Shown here: positions 55,238 through 64,000 of the stretch, in pieces
Position numbering within the stretch: the first letter of the stretch is position 1
Layout of the letters: each line of letters opens with the position of its first letter
From: a virus
Lineage: Duplodnaviria > Caudoviricetes
Length of the DNA: 64,000 nt
IMG/VR virus record: IMGVR_UViG_2521172672_000002
Span: 6,931-70,930 of that record
Reading direction: 5' to 3' (one strand)
Made by a program: the position numbers and the translations under genes
The notes under the pieces: generated by a model
What the model saw: only the letters and a program-made list of their open reading frames with translations
Told to the model about the DNA's origin: nothing
Database searches by the model: none

Positions 55238-55574
55238 CGATAAGCGCAAGGAGAAAGAAGCCAAGGCCGGCGTTGAAGATCTGCGCATGAAAACACGCGC
55301 CGGAACCCGCCAGGCCCTGGCCGAGATCATGCAGTGGGCACAGGTCGAGGAAAACGGCGAGGCAATGACCCTGCTGATCCACCGCATCCATGAATTAGGG
55401 CCTGAAGCGGCCCGCCACTTTCTCAGCGCGCCGCGCCACGAGATCGTTGTGTCGGATTTTGTGGCGCGCCGGCTCGACCAGTTCCGCATTGGGCGCGAGC
55501 TGCGGTCGCTCGACCTGGTGCTTGGCGATGATCCAGATGATGCCGGCCTGTTGCTGCTCGCAGAGCGGTCCTGA
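55212..55574 (+). CDS. Phage hypothetical protein
   Basis: GGAGG RBS; GTRQALAEIMQW...EAMTLLIH. Confidence 0.7.
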   Translation: MALTSKQRDDKRKEKEAKAGVEDLRMKTRAGTRQALAEIMQWAQVEENGEAMTLLIHRIHELGPEAARHFLSAPRHEIVVSDFVARRLDQFRIGRELRSLDLVLGDDPDDAGLLLLAERS

Positions 55575-55607
55575 TTTTGGCTATCTCTGAAAAAGCAGGT
55601 TGATTAT

Positions 55608-56258
55608 TCAGCGGGAACCGGTCGCTAAAGCCTTGGCTTCTTCAAGCTGCCGGGCATGTTCAGAGGTGATAACGGTAAAGCGCCCGATTGCTTTCATATC
55701 AAGTTGGTCGATCTCGTATCGACCCCAATACATGAAAGCTGCACGGAAAAGCTCATAGGCATATTTATGGTAGTTCTCATAGAAATCTGAGAGGTCGACC
55801 TCTCCTGAGGTGCGGTCTGTGATCGCATGTGCAGTGCAATTCCTGACCTTTCGGAATTTAGCGCCAAAATCCGATGGTATTTCTACATCGTAATCTTCGA
55901 TGTCGTTTTCCCAACCCTGCCCCTTTCCGGATCTGAGCCGATGGACGATTGACGAAAATACGCGCTTAGCTTCGCCCTGGAAAAGGGCATCCTTCTTCAT
56001 CGCTCCAGGTATTCCCGAAAAACCCTTATGAGTACCTTGGTCTCGCATGAAGCATGCGACGTAGAACTCATAGAGGTGATGCAGAAATGAGCTGTAGCTG
56101 CTGAAAAGCTGGACCTGCTCGGTAGGACTTAAGTGAGCCAATATCTGCTTTTCGCCTAGCCGAATAAATTCGTCATGGCTTGCCTTCATGAGAAAGCATT
56201 CATGATGGATAGCTGCGATCAGTGCACCGTCGAGATCGGGATCTGAGTAGTCCTTCAT
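55608..56258 (-). CDS. HEPN-motif (R-x4-H) helical protein, moron
   Basis: FRKVRNCTAH; lower GC, antisense to the early operon, AAGGAGA RBS. Confidence 0.7.
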   Translation of the reverse strand: MKDYSDPDLDGALIAAIHHECFLMKASHDEFIRLGEKQILAHLSPTEQVQLFSSYSSFLHHLYEFYVACFMRDQGTHKGFSGIPGAMKKDALFQGEAKRVFSSIVHRLRSGKGQGWENDIEDYDVEIPSDFGAKFRKVRNCTAHAITDRTSGEVDLSDFYENYHKYAYELFRAAFMYWGRYEIDQLDMKAIGRFTVITSEHARQLEEAKALATGSR

Positions 56259-56346
56259 TCATTTCTCCTTCAATGCTCCTTGATCCGGCCCCGGGCCGGT
56301 CACCCGTAGTACCCCATCCCAAACCAAATTGCCATCACGGATGGCC

Positions 56347-56613
56347 CTAGTTGATGAGCAACTGGGCTCGCAAGTTAGCTTTTGATACATCGTGATTCTG
56401 CACATACACCTCGGTGCTCCACCCCTGGGTAGCATTGGTGTAGGGATTAGATCCCATCGACGTACCGGTGGCCCACAGAATCTTGTCTCCTGGCTGTATC
56501 TCATGGGACGACAGCATTTCGATGATCGTGTGGCCTCCCCGCTGCTCAACCCAGACAGCAACCATTCCGCGATTGCGGTTTACAGCGACTACAACGCCTT
56601 CGGTAATGCTCAT
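56347..56613 (-). CDS. Small beta-rich hypothetical moron
   Basis: GGAG RBS; antisense to the early operon. Confidence 0.65.
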   Translation of the reverse strand: MSITEGVVVAVNRNRGMVAVWVEQRGGHTIIEMLSSHEIQPGDKILWATGTSMGSNPYTNATQGWSTEVYVQNHDVSKANLRAQLLIN

Positions 56614-56738
56614 TTTTCTGAAACTCCATTTTTTGGACTTGTGAGCATTAGCTCATTTTTCCGCTTTGCGCTACTCCGGCGCTGCCCGCCATCGCCTTCC
56701 CCTATTCAACGATAACGCCTCCCCGGCGAGGATCAACC

Positions 56739-57524
56739 ATGTCCGACAAGAAGATCGACGAAGCCAAGCTCGAGCGCGTAATACGCAAGATCAAGCGCTG
56801 CCTGGCCCTATCAGCCAGCTCCAACGAAACCGAAGCTGCAACCGCTATGCGGCAGGCTCAGGCACTGATGCGCGAATACCGACTGACAGAACTGGATGTA
56901 CATCTCAGTGATGTGGGCGAAGTGGAGTCAGCAGTGGCCCGAGCCAAGCGTAGGCCAACCTGGGATCGTGATCTGAGTTCGATCATTGCAGACGCTTTCG
57001 GCTGTCGGGCTTTCTCAAAGCGCCACTGGTGCAGGACCACCAGCAGATTGGTTGATCGCGCCTTGTTCATCGGCGTGACGCCCGCGCCGCAGATCGCCAT
57101 GTACGCCTACGAGACGCTGCTGAACAAGCTCGCCCAGGCCCGGCGAGAGTATGTGTCGCAGGTTAGGGCGGGCAAACGGCGCAGCTCGTACTCACCCCAG
57201 ACTGCGGGTGATCACTTTGCGCTCGCCTGGGTTTCAGCAGTCCACGGCAAGATCCATGAGCTGGTATCTCGCGGCGAAGAGGACCTTGCAATCGGCCAGC
57301 ACTCGACGGGGCGAGACTTGATGGCGGTCGAATCGCATGACAAGGCGCTGATCGAGCAGTACCTGTCAGGTCGCGAGATCGGCAAGGCCCGTAAGGCCCG
57401 AGAGCTCGAGCTAGACCTGAATGCGCAAATCGCAGGCCTGTTGGCTGGTCAGCGGGTCGAGCTGAACCCAGGTATGACCCACGGAGGCCAAAATCAGCTT
57501 AGGATGGGCACGCATGACCATTAA
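56739..57524 (+). CDS. DUF2786 domain protein
   Basis: IRKIKRCLALS.SSNE.EAATAMRQAQALMREY. Confidence 0.85.
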   Translation: MSDKKIDEAKLERVIRKIKRCLALSASSNETEAATAMRQAQALMREYRLTELDVHLSDVGEVESAVARAKRRPTWDRDLSSIIADAFGCRAFSKRHWCRTTSRLVDRALFIGVTPAPQIAMYAYETLLNKLAQARREYVSQVRAGKRRSSYSPQTAGDHFALAWVSAVHGKIHELVSRGEEDLAIGQHSTGRDLMAVESHDKALIEQYLSGREIGKARKARELELDLNAQIAGLLAGQRVELNPGMTHGGQNQLRMGTHDH

Positions 57525-58389
57525 CCCCTACCAGATCACTGGGCCGGCGCAGATCGGCGTCAGTGGCGGCCGCACCAGTGGGCACATGCTCTGGAAAATC
57601 CTTGAGGCCCACGGCGGCAAGCTCCCAGCGGATGTGCATGCTTTCTTCCAGAACACCGGCAAGGAGCGTGAGGAGACGTTGGTCTTCATTGACGCTATGG
57701 CCAAGCACTGGGGCGTCAATATCGTCTGGATGGAGTGGTGCCGGGTATACGGTCAGCCGGAAGACGCGCCCTGGTACAAGATCGTCGACTTCGAGACGGC
57801 CAGCCGCAACGGTGAGCCGTTCACGATGATGCTCGAGTACTACCAGGCATACCGGAAGGCCGAAAAAAGCCTGCCGGCCGTGCTGCCGAACTTCAGCAAC
57901 AACATGTGCACCGCCTACCTCAAGGTAAAGATCGGCGAGAAGCACATGCGCGCCTTGGGCTACGACGAATGGGACTGCATCGTCGGCATCCGCTACGACG
58001 AGCCTCGGCGCTACAGCCGCATGATGACGGCCAACGAGCGCGGCAATGCCCGTTGGGACAGCGTCTGTCCCTCCTACCTCGCGGGAATCATCAAGGAGGA
58101 CGTGGCCGCCTTCTGGGCCGATCAGCCATTCGACCTGGGAATGGACTCGGACTACGGCAACTGCGACCTGTGCTGGAAGAAGAACGAGGCCAAGCTGATC
58201 AGGACCATCCAGAAAGACCCGGCGCGGGTGATCTGGTGGTCTGGCACCGAAGAGCGTTTCGGCCAGGTGTTCCGGCAAGACCGCCCCAACTACCGGTCGC
58301 TGGCCTGGTCCGCAGATCAGCGCGCCAGGCAGACAGATTTTGAGTTTGACTACCTGGCGGAAGATATTGATTGTTTCTGCGGTGACTGA
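57514..58389 (+). CDS. PAPS-reductase-like (PP-loop) phage protein
   Basis: SGGRTSG, FQNTGKE, CT..LK, GIRYDE..R, GNCDLC and C-terminal CFCGD. Confidence 0.85.
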   Translation: MTINPYQITGPAQIGVSGGRTSGHMLWKILEAHGGKLPADVHAFFQNTGKEREETLVFIDAMAKHWGVNIVWMEWCRVYGQPEDAPWYKIVDFETASRNGEPFTMMLEYYQAYRKAEKSLPAVLPNFSNNMCTAYLKVKIGEKHMRALGYDEWDCIVGIRYDEPRRYSRMMTANERGNARWDSVCPSYLAGIIKEDVAAFWADQPFDLGMDSDYGNCDLCWKKNEAKLIRTIQKDPARVIWWSGTEERFGQVFRQDRPNYRSLAWSADQRARQTDFEFDYLAEDIDCFCGD

Positions 58390-58405
58390 GAAAACTCTCG
58401 CGCCA

Positions 58406-59104
58406 CTATTTTTTATTAAACCTGAACCAATCTAAAGGCTTAAATTCGCTGCGAGAGTTAGCCGTGTCCTCAATAGCGCCGATAAACACTGCCACCCAGT
58501 ACTTTATGCCCTCTATGCGATCATCTAAAGCGATGATCGAGTCATTTTGTTTGCTCAGCATGACTACACCTTTACCGTCGCAGTATAGGATGCCCGAAGA
58601 GCAGTCTTTTTTACGAGAGGAAACCGCCGCCTTGAAATCGCCTATACCAGTTGAAAAGCCAAACAGCCCGCACAAAGGGTAATTCGAATGCCCATCAGGC
58701 AACGTTCCAGCTGAAGCCATCTTCAACCCTTCCTCATTGTCGGGATGAAACGCCCATGCCTGAGAAAAAAACTGATCAATGGCAGCGCTATCAACATAGC
58801 TTTTAACTTCGAGAACCCTCAGTACAGAGTCAATGGGGTATATGCCATGACCGTCTCGCTCTAATAAAGGCGGCATCCGACGTTTATCGTAGATTACCAG
58901 ATCCACTTGAGGGCTCTGCCTGCCCCACCTGTCAACAACAACACCTGACCCAACTCCATAATGACCAGGCAAAACCGAGACCAAAAGCTGCTTCACAAAC
59001 TCTTCCCTGAAGCTACCTTTTTCCCCGCGATGGTTTAGGCCGCCTGTAGCGGAGAAGAGGTTCCAAAGCTCGTTAACTTTTGTTTTGAAGATTTCGTCGA
59101 ACAT
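58406..59104 (-). CDS. DUF6602-like putative PD-(D/E)XK nuclease, moron
   Basis: GEKG..RE, SG.VVD..G.QSPQVDLVIYD and P.DSV..VLEVKS; AT-rich, antisense. Confidence 0.75.
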   Translation of the reverse strand: MFDEIFKTKVNELWNLFSATGGLNHRGEKGSFREEFVKQLLVSVLPGHYGVGSGVVVDRWGRQSPQVDLVIYDKRRMPPLLERDGHGIYPIDSVLRVLEVKSYVDSAAIDQFFSQAWAFHPDNEEGLKMASAGTLPDGHSNYPLCGLFGFSTGIGDFKAAVSSRKKDCSSGILYCDGKGVVMLSKQNDSIIALDDRIEGIKYWVAVFIGAIEDTANSRSEFKPLDWFRFNKK

Positions 59105-59177
59105 TGCTCACTTCCTGTGTTGGCTGGGAGCCAAAGATCGCAGAAACGCAAAACTATTTCCATACCGGGAGCCATGC

Positions 59178-60047
59178 ATGCCCACAGAAAACCGATCCAG
59201 TAACACCGACGGCTGGATAGCCTGCGACGACGGACTGCACCTGATCCAGATGGACAAGAACCTCAGCCATTACGGCTGGGTGTTCAGGAAAGTTGATGGA
59301 GGCCTGCCCTACTCGGTTCGCGAAGCTACATCTCACGAAATGGCACATGCCCAAGCTCGCCAGCACTTGCGGATTGGAGTCGCGCAGATCGCTGGACAGG
59401 CGCCAGCCCCGCATGCCCACCCCGAGCCAGCCAGCTACCCGCCGTGCGATTACTGCGGGACAGTGCCCAGCTACCACCCTTGGCATGGCAGCGGGATGAT
59501 AAATGGCGTTGAGAACCGGCATATCCATGCATGCGACGGATGCCGTTGGCAGTTGCCTTCGTACGCTGGGCAGCCCCACCCCGACCCTATAGCCTGGATG
59601 GTTGGTACTGCCTTCTGGTGGACCAAAGAAGATGTAGAGAGGGATGCGGCGGAGACTGGGCTGCCTATTGTTGGGCTGGGGCCGATGGCCTTGGCAGCGT
59701 CTGCCCAGCAGCGCCAGGGCGACCCGGTGGCGTGGCTTGACCCAAGCGCGGGGCTGTCCTGGCTAGTTGACCGGATGACGATTGCGCCGGGAACCAAGCT
59801 CTACACCCTGGCCGACCCTGCCGAGGTTGAGCGGCTGCGCGCCAATGCGGGCCGGCACAAGCTGGAGATGGACGCAGCGTGCGGCGAGATGGATATCCTG
59901 CGCGCCCAGCTGGCCGAGGCGCAGGCGCTGCTACGCAAAGTGCGAGAGTTCGGCTGGACCAATGTCGCGCCTGAGGAGCGCGCAAGGGTTCGCGCAGAAG
60001 TTCGTGATCATCTATCCACCAGCGCAGAGCCGCAGGTGAAGTCGTGA
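59178..60047 (+). CDS. Mosaic phage hypothetical protein
   Basis: MPTENRSSNT start; PIAW/PVAW modules; ADPAEVERLR. Confidence 0.7.
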   Translation: MPTENRSSNTDGWIACDDGLHLIQMDKNLSHYGWVFRKVDGGLPYSVREATSHEMAHAQARQHLRIGVAQIAGQAPAPHAHPEPASYPPCDYCGTVPSYHPWHGSGMINGVENRHIHACDGCRWQLPSYAGQPHPDPIAWMVGTAFWWTKEDVERDAAETGLPIVGLGPMALAASAQQRQGDPVAWLDPSAGLSWLVDRMTIAPGTKLYTLADPAEVERLRANAGRHKLEMDAACGEMDILRAQLAEAQALLRKVREFGWTNVAPEERARVRAEVRDHLSTSAEPQVKS

Positions 60048-60268
60048 AGACGCACTTCGCACCATTCATCGACCCGGAAGACGTTGAGCAAGCACCCTGC
60101 GGCACATGGCTAGGGGAATCCTCCGAACTGTCTGGCGACTGGGCCAAGGTCGATTGCCGAAGGTGCCATAAGCGCAAGAGCAGCATCACCAAGGCCATAG
60201 CGGCCGAGGAACACGCCATCGTCGAGCAAATGGGCGATATGGCTGCATACATGCGCGGACAAGTCTAA
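60044..60268 (+). CDS. Phage hypothetical protein
   Basis: CGTWLGE...VDCRRC. Confidence 0.7.
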   Translation: MKTHFAPFIDPEDVEQAPCGTWLGESSELSGDWAKVDCRRCHKRKSSITKAIAAEEHAIVEQMGDMAAYMRGQV

Positions 60269-60334
60269 CCGTCCAAGAGAACATCTGTACTCCATCCCAC
60301 TGTAACCCCTCTCCCCTCTATTCACTGCCGCGAT

Positions 60335-60670
60335 ATGGCGGCTAAGGACGAAGTCATGCCTGAAGAAAACCAAGCACCCGAATTCGCACTCGATGGAAGC
60401 CAGCCGGCGCGGGCTGCCCTCGCCTGCTACCAGGTCGGCGACTGTGATTGGGTGGCGGCCACCAGCGAAGACGAGGCGCGCCGCATCCTGGCTGAAATGA
60501 ATGGGGATGATCCCTCTGAATACGCCGACTGGGACGTTGAGCTGACGAGCGACAGGATGCTCGACCAGCAGTGGGTCGACGAAGATCCGCCACACGCTGA
60601 GTGCGGCTGCCTTCGCCAGTGGCTGGCAGAGGCCACCGAGCCCTGCTACCTGATGGGCACGGAGGGCTGA
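60335..60670 (+). CDS. Phage hypothetical protein
   Basis: YQVGDCDWVAA motif. Confidence 0.7.
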   Translation: MAAKDEVMPEENQAPEFALDGSQPARAALACYQVGDCDWVAATSEDEARRILAEMNGDDPSEYADWDVELTSDRMLDQQWVDEDPPHAECGCLRQWLAEATEPCYLMGTEG

Positions 60671-60672
60671 CG

Positions 60673-60924
60673 ATGACCCGCCTCGCCCTCTGCCTCCTGC
60701 TGCTGGCCACCGGCGCAAGCGCAACCGAGAACGTCATCGACGTGCAGCACGACAGCCAGCGGGGCGTCACCTGCTACCTGCTGAATGGGGTCGGCATCAG
60801 CTGCATCCCCGACAGCCAGCTGCAGGCCGCCAACGAGCGCCAGCTCTCCCCGCACGAAACCCAACCCGAACCTACACCCGCTCTGGCGCCTAGGCGCTGG
60901 ATTGATGAGAGGTATGAGCTGTGA
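60673..60924 (+). CDS. Phage secreted hypothetical protein
   Basis: Signal peptide; paralog of 7824-8105. Confidence 0.75.
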   Translation: MTRLALCLLLLATGASATENVIDVQHDSQRGVTCYLLNGVGISCIPDSQLQAANERQLSPHETQPEPTPALAPRRWIDERYEL

Positions 60925-61148
60925 CGATGTTCATCATGGAATACCGGGTGATCGGCTACTCGCTCGCCCACGCTTTCTCTATAAATCCTAAAGCAGGCAA
61001 ACGGATCTTCACCGCCAACTCTGACGATATAGGCTCTGATGACATCCTGGCCGTCATGGAGGCCGCCCGCTCGCCCGAGAACACCCCTGACGGCTATGAG
61101 CTTTTCTCCGTTACCGACCGGGACTCATCGCAGGTGGTGCGGCCATGA
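60921..61148 (+). CDS. Phage hypothetical protein
   Basis: GTGA overlap. Confidence 0.55.
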   Translation: MTMFIMEYRVIGYSLAHAFSINPKAGKRIFTANSDDIGSDDILAVMEAARSPENTPDGYELFSVTDRDSSQVVRP

Positions 61149-61510
61149 ACGACCTGATCGAAGTGAGGGTATCCAACCTAGTCGGCGCGGCGCTGGACTG
61201 GGCGGTGGCCAAGGCCGAATCGGTACCGGTCTTCATCGATCACCAAGGATGGGTTCGAAAACTTCCAGATGACACCAGCGCATGGCGGCCAAGCTGGAAC
61301 TGGAGTCAGGGCGGCCCGCTGCTGGACAAGCATCACGCAAGCGCCCACTACCAGGCTCATCTGGCAGATGCTCAGTTTCGCTACAGCGCTGGGCCAGCAG
61401 GTAGTGGCTTTTGGTGCTACGGCCCAACAGCCCTGGTCGCCTTCTGTCGCAGCCTGGTCAAGGCAAAGCTTGGCGATACCGTGCAGGTGCCCAAGGAGCT
61501 GATGCCATGA
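61145..61510 (+). CDS. NinX/DUF2591-like protein
   Basis: L.GAALDWAVAKAE, PS.NWSQGGPLL and GPTALVA.CR..V..KLGD.V.VP. Confidence 0.8.
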   Translation: MNDLIEVRVSNLVGAALDWAVAKAESVPVFIDHQGWVRKLPDDTSAWRPSWNWSQGGPLLDKHHASAHYQAHLADAQFRYSAGPAGSGFWCYGPTALVAFCRSLVKAKLGDTVQVPKELMP

Positions 61511-61692
61511 TCGAGCAATTCAGCGTGAACGAGCTCGAGGCAATTCTGAAAGGCTCCAAGCCCAGCGACCTGCGCGGCGGCGAGACCATCGCCCAGTACC
61601 TGCACCGCGAGATCCAGCGCCTAGCCAAGGAGCGCGACAACCTCCGCAAAGACCGCGACGGGCTGCTCGTGGCCGGCGCCCACCTGTTGTAA
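61507..61692 (+). CDS. Phage hypothetical protein
   Basis: Coupled ORF; ERDNLRKDRDGLL. Confidence 0.55.
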   Translation: MIEQFSVNELEAILKGSKPSDLRGGETIAQYLHREIQRLAKERDNLRKDRDGLLVAGAHLL

Positions 61693-61744
61693 CCCATTCC
61701 ATTACTAATCAAGCCCGCCGACATGCGCGGGCGAGGATGACCCC

Positions 61745-62215
61745 ATGCCCAAAGCATTGCTACGCGAAGTCGCCATGGACTGCATTTCCGACATGGCCCA
61801 ACACCTGCCGGGAGGCTGCGAACTGTTCGTCATCGCCTGCCGGCCAGGCAAGGGTGATTTCGACCTGGTGCTTCCTTCGCCCGAGGCTAACCTTGACAAC
61901 GCTGTCGACGCACTCCGCCGCCAAGGCCTGAGCATCGACGGCAACAACATCTACAAGCAGGCTATCTGTGAATTCGCCGTAGGTGCAATGACCTTGGGCA
62001 AGCATGGCTCCAACCCTCCGCCATCCGGCCACTGGGGCCAGCAGTTCTGGGACATCGGCCGTGCTGAGGGCCAGCAGCGCGATGACTTGGTCGTCGCTCT
62101 GCAGCACCTAATCGCAGTCACTACTCCTGACGCAAACGGCCAGATTGGCGCCAAGGAAGAACACCTTGCCGCGCTCGAGCATGCCCGCTCCATGATCCGC
62201 CTGCACCACCCCTGA
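61745..62215 (+). CDS. Phage hypothetical protein
   Basis: PPSGHWGQQFWDIGRAE. Confidence 0.7.
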   Translation: MPKALLREVAMDCISDMAQHLPGGCELFVIACRPGKGDFDLVLPSPEANLDNAVDALRRQGLSIDGNNIYKQAICEFAVGAMTLGKHGSNPPPSGHWGQQFWDIGRAEGQQRDDLVVALQHLIAVTTPDANGQIGAKEEHLAALEHARSMIRLHHP

Positions 62216-62271
62216 GCATCACCCTCCCCTACTACTCAGCCCGCCGAGCGCGGGCATGGAGAGCTATTGCC

Positions 62272-62595
62272 ATGACGAAAGAAGAACTGGCTGGCCTGCC
62301 GGCGAAGGTGCGTATTGCCACGGAAGCTGGCAAGGCCGCAGCAGCCGCCTGCACTGATGATGGCGGGAGCGCGAATCTTGACCGGGTCGTGATCCCGGTG
62401 CCCGGCCTACGACTCAATCAACTGCCAGGCCTCCCGGGCTATCTGCAGAAAAAGAGCCGCTACCACCAGCAAGGCATCCATCTGGATACGCCGTGGCCAG
62501 GCCAGGGCAATCAGCACAGTGCCGGCGTGCAAGCCATGCATCAATCGCTGAAAGACCAGGGCGTCAATTGCTACGTCTACTACCAGGTCGATTGA
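62272..62595 (+). CDS. Phage hypothetical protein
   Basis: GGAGA RBS; DDGGSANLD...GQGN. Confidence 0.7.
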   Translation: MTKEELAGLPAKVRIATEAGKAAAAACTDDGGSANLDRVVIPVPGLRLNQLPGLPGYLQKKSRYHQQGIHLDTPWPGQGNQHSAGVQAMHQSLKDQGVNCYVYYQVD

Positions 62596-62633
62596 CCACC
62601 AACCTGCCGCCGCCGGCGGCGTGGAGACCACCC

Positions 62634-62966
62634 ATGGAAACCGCCAGCACCGGTGACGTCGACAAAGTTACCGAACAGAAAATGGCCGATTTGCTCGGCT
62701 GCACGAAGCGCGCTCTCGAAGGCCGGCGACTACGGGGATCTATCCCAGAGGGCGTATGGATGAAGCACAGCGGCCGAATTATCTACAGCAAGAAGAGGTA
62801 TGACGAATGGCTGGAAAGCCAATGGATTTACCCCCTGGCATCGACGTCCACTACGGCTCGCTCCGGCTCAGGTTCATGTGGGAAGGTGCTCGCAGGAGTG
62901 AGACCCTTCCCTATCCCGCGACACAAAAAGGCATCAAGGCTGCATCCCAGCTTCGAGATAAAGTAA
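62634..62966 (+). CDS. Putative excisionase (HTH), overlapping int
   Basis: EQKMADLLG.T.RALE.RR..G.IPEGVW.K..GRI.YS...YDEW; position immediately before int. Confidence 0.75.
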   Translation: METASTGDVDKVTEQKMADLLGCTKRALEGRRLRGSIPEGVWMKHSGRIIYSKKRYDEWLESQWIYPLASTSTTARSGSGSCGKVLAGVRPFPIPRHKKASRLHPSFEIK

Positions 62967-64000
62967 ACAGCCTGATAAAACTCAACCTGCTCGACCATGA
63001 CAAGTACGCGGAACTCTTTCCTAGCTCCGGCGCTGTCGTGGGTGGCGTACCAACGTTCGGCGAGTACGCGCAATTGTGGTTGGACAGCCGGGAGATCGCG
63101 GCGGGCACGAGGCTCAACTACAAAGGCACCTTGAATCTGTATTGGGTGCCCCACCTCGCCTTGGTACGTATAGATCTGATCACGCCCACGCTTCTTAGGC
63201 GGATCGTCACCTCGATCACCTGGACATCGGCATCCGTTAAACGCAATGCCATGGTGAAGCTGTCGACAATCCTCCGCTCAGCTGTGCTGGACGGGCTGAT
63301 CACCAGGAATCCCGCCGAAGCGATCCAACTTCCAGCGCGCTCAAGGAAGGAAGTCGATCCGTTCACTCTCGACGAGGCCAATTTGGTCATCGCTGAGCTA
63401 TACAAGCACGCGCACTGGCCCAGCCAGATCTACGCAGCATTCTTCGAGTTCATGTTCTTCACGGGGCTTCGTCTCTCTGAAGGCTTGGCTCTACGCTGGG
63501 ATGCGGTGGACTCGATCAAGAAAACCGCGCACGTCCGACGGACAGTCGCACTGGGCGTTGTGGAAGAGAGGACAAAAACCGGCCGCGATCGGTTTGTTCT
63601 GCTCAACGACAGAGCGCTGCATGCCTTGGCGTTTGCGAAGCAGTATGCAGAGCGCCGCAAGCAGGGCAAGGGACAGTTCAATGAATCGCCGTTCGTCTTC
63701 CCGCCAGGGAAGAACGGCGAGTACGTCAAGCAGACATCGGACCTCCACCACCAATGGCGCCCGATCCTGAAGGGTTTGGGGATCCGATATCGCCCACCGT
63801 ATAACTGCCGCCATACCTATGCGACAATATGCTTAATGTCTGGTCTCAACCCCGCATTCATCGCCCAACAGCTCGGGCACAGCGTGCAGATGCTCTTATC
63901 GACTTATGCACGTTGGATTAACTCGTCCAATGACTGGCAGGAGCTGGAAAAGCTCCAGATTGGTCCGAAATTGGTCCGTAGCTGCGATGAAGCCACGTAA
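62807..64000 (+). CDS. int: Tyrosine integrase with N-terminal arm-binding domain
   Basis: TGLRLSE (R), TKT (K), YNCRHTYA, QLGHS and STYARW (Y). Confidence 0.97.
   Translation: MAGKPMDLPPGIDVHYGSLRLRFMWEGARRSETLPYPATQKGIKAASQLRDKVNSLIKLNLLDHDKYAELFPSSGAVVGGVPTFGEYAQLWLDSREIAAGTRLNYKGTLNLYWVPHLALVRIDLITPTLLRRIVTSITWTSASVKRNAMVKLSTILRSAVLDGLITRNPAEAIQLPARSRKEVDPFTLDEANLVIAELYKHAHWPSQIYAAFFEFMFFTGLRLSEGLALRWDAVDSIKKTAHVRRTVALGVVEERTKTGRDRFVLLNDRALHALAFAKQYAERRKQGKGQFNESPFVFPPGKNGEYVKQTSDLHHQWRPILKGLGIRYRPPYNCRHTYATICLMSGLNPAFIAQQLGHSVQMLLSTYARWINSSNDWQELEKLQIGPKLVRSCDEAT

Larger units (their letters stand above)
9970..64000. mobile_element. Lambdoid (siphovirus-like) prophage, capsid-deleted; right att predicted just beyond the window
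   Basis: Ordered lysis, tail, packaging, Q/nin, O/P, cro/cI, RecT/exo and xis/int modules. Confidence 0.95.

Noticed and set aside
54290-55489. 399-aa minus-strand ORF
   Set aside because: Spans three sense-strand phage genes that have RBSs; no recognisable domain

Overview
Pseudomonas-type chromosomal region (inferred from gene content; putida-group-like). It begins with an ars operon fragment (arsR, 5' part of arsB) and IS debris (1-1.2 kb). About 8.7 kb of cargo genes follow, interleaved with decayed prophage relics that include two broken copies of the same tyrosine integrase family (1.3-9.9 kb). A ~54 kb lambdoid Siphoviridae-like prophage runs from ~9970 to the window end. Its left end carries a 28-bp sequence encoding the start of a YbiT-like ABC-F gene (putative att core), and its integrase ends exactly at base 64000. 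The prophage has apparently intact lysis, tail, packaging, replication, immunity and recombination modules. A deletion at ~31442 has removed the major capsid gene and the head-tail connector genes, fusing the scaffold N-terminus in frame to the tail terminator. Notable non-coding signals are a tRNA-like RNA with a 24-bp extended stem and possible pseudoknot in the late leader, two C4-like structured RNAs, five CI operators, four ori iterons, a boxA, a LexA box and a tail-chaperone -1 frameshift site. Accessory genes include a HEPN-motif protein, a DUF6602-like PD-(D/E)XK protein, a SLATT-like 2TM protein, an RNA polymerase alpha-CTD-like protein and three paralogous lipoproteins. All family assignments come from motif recognition by eye, not from database searches.
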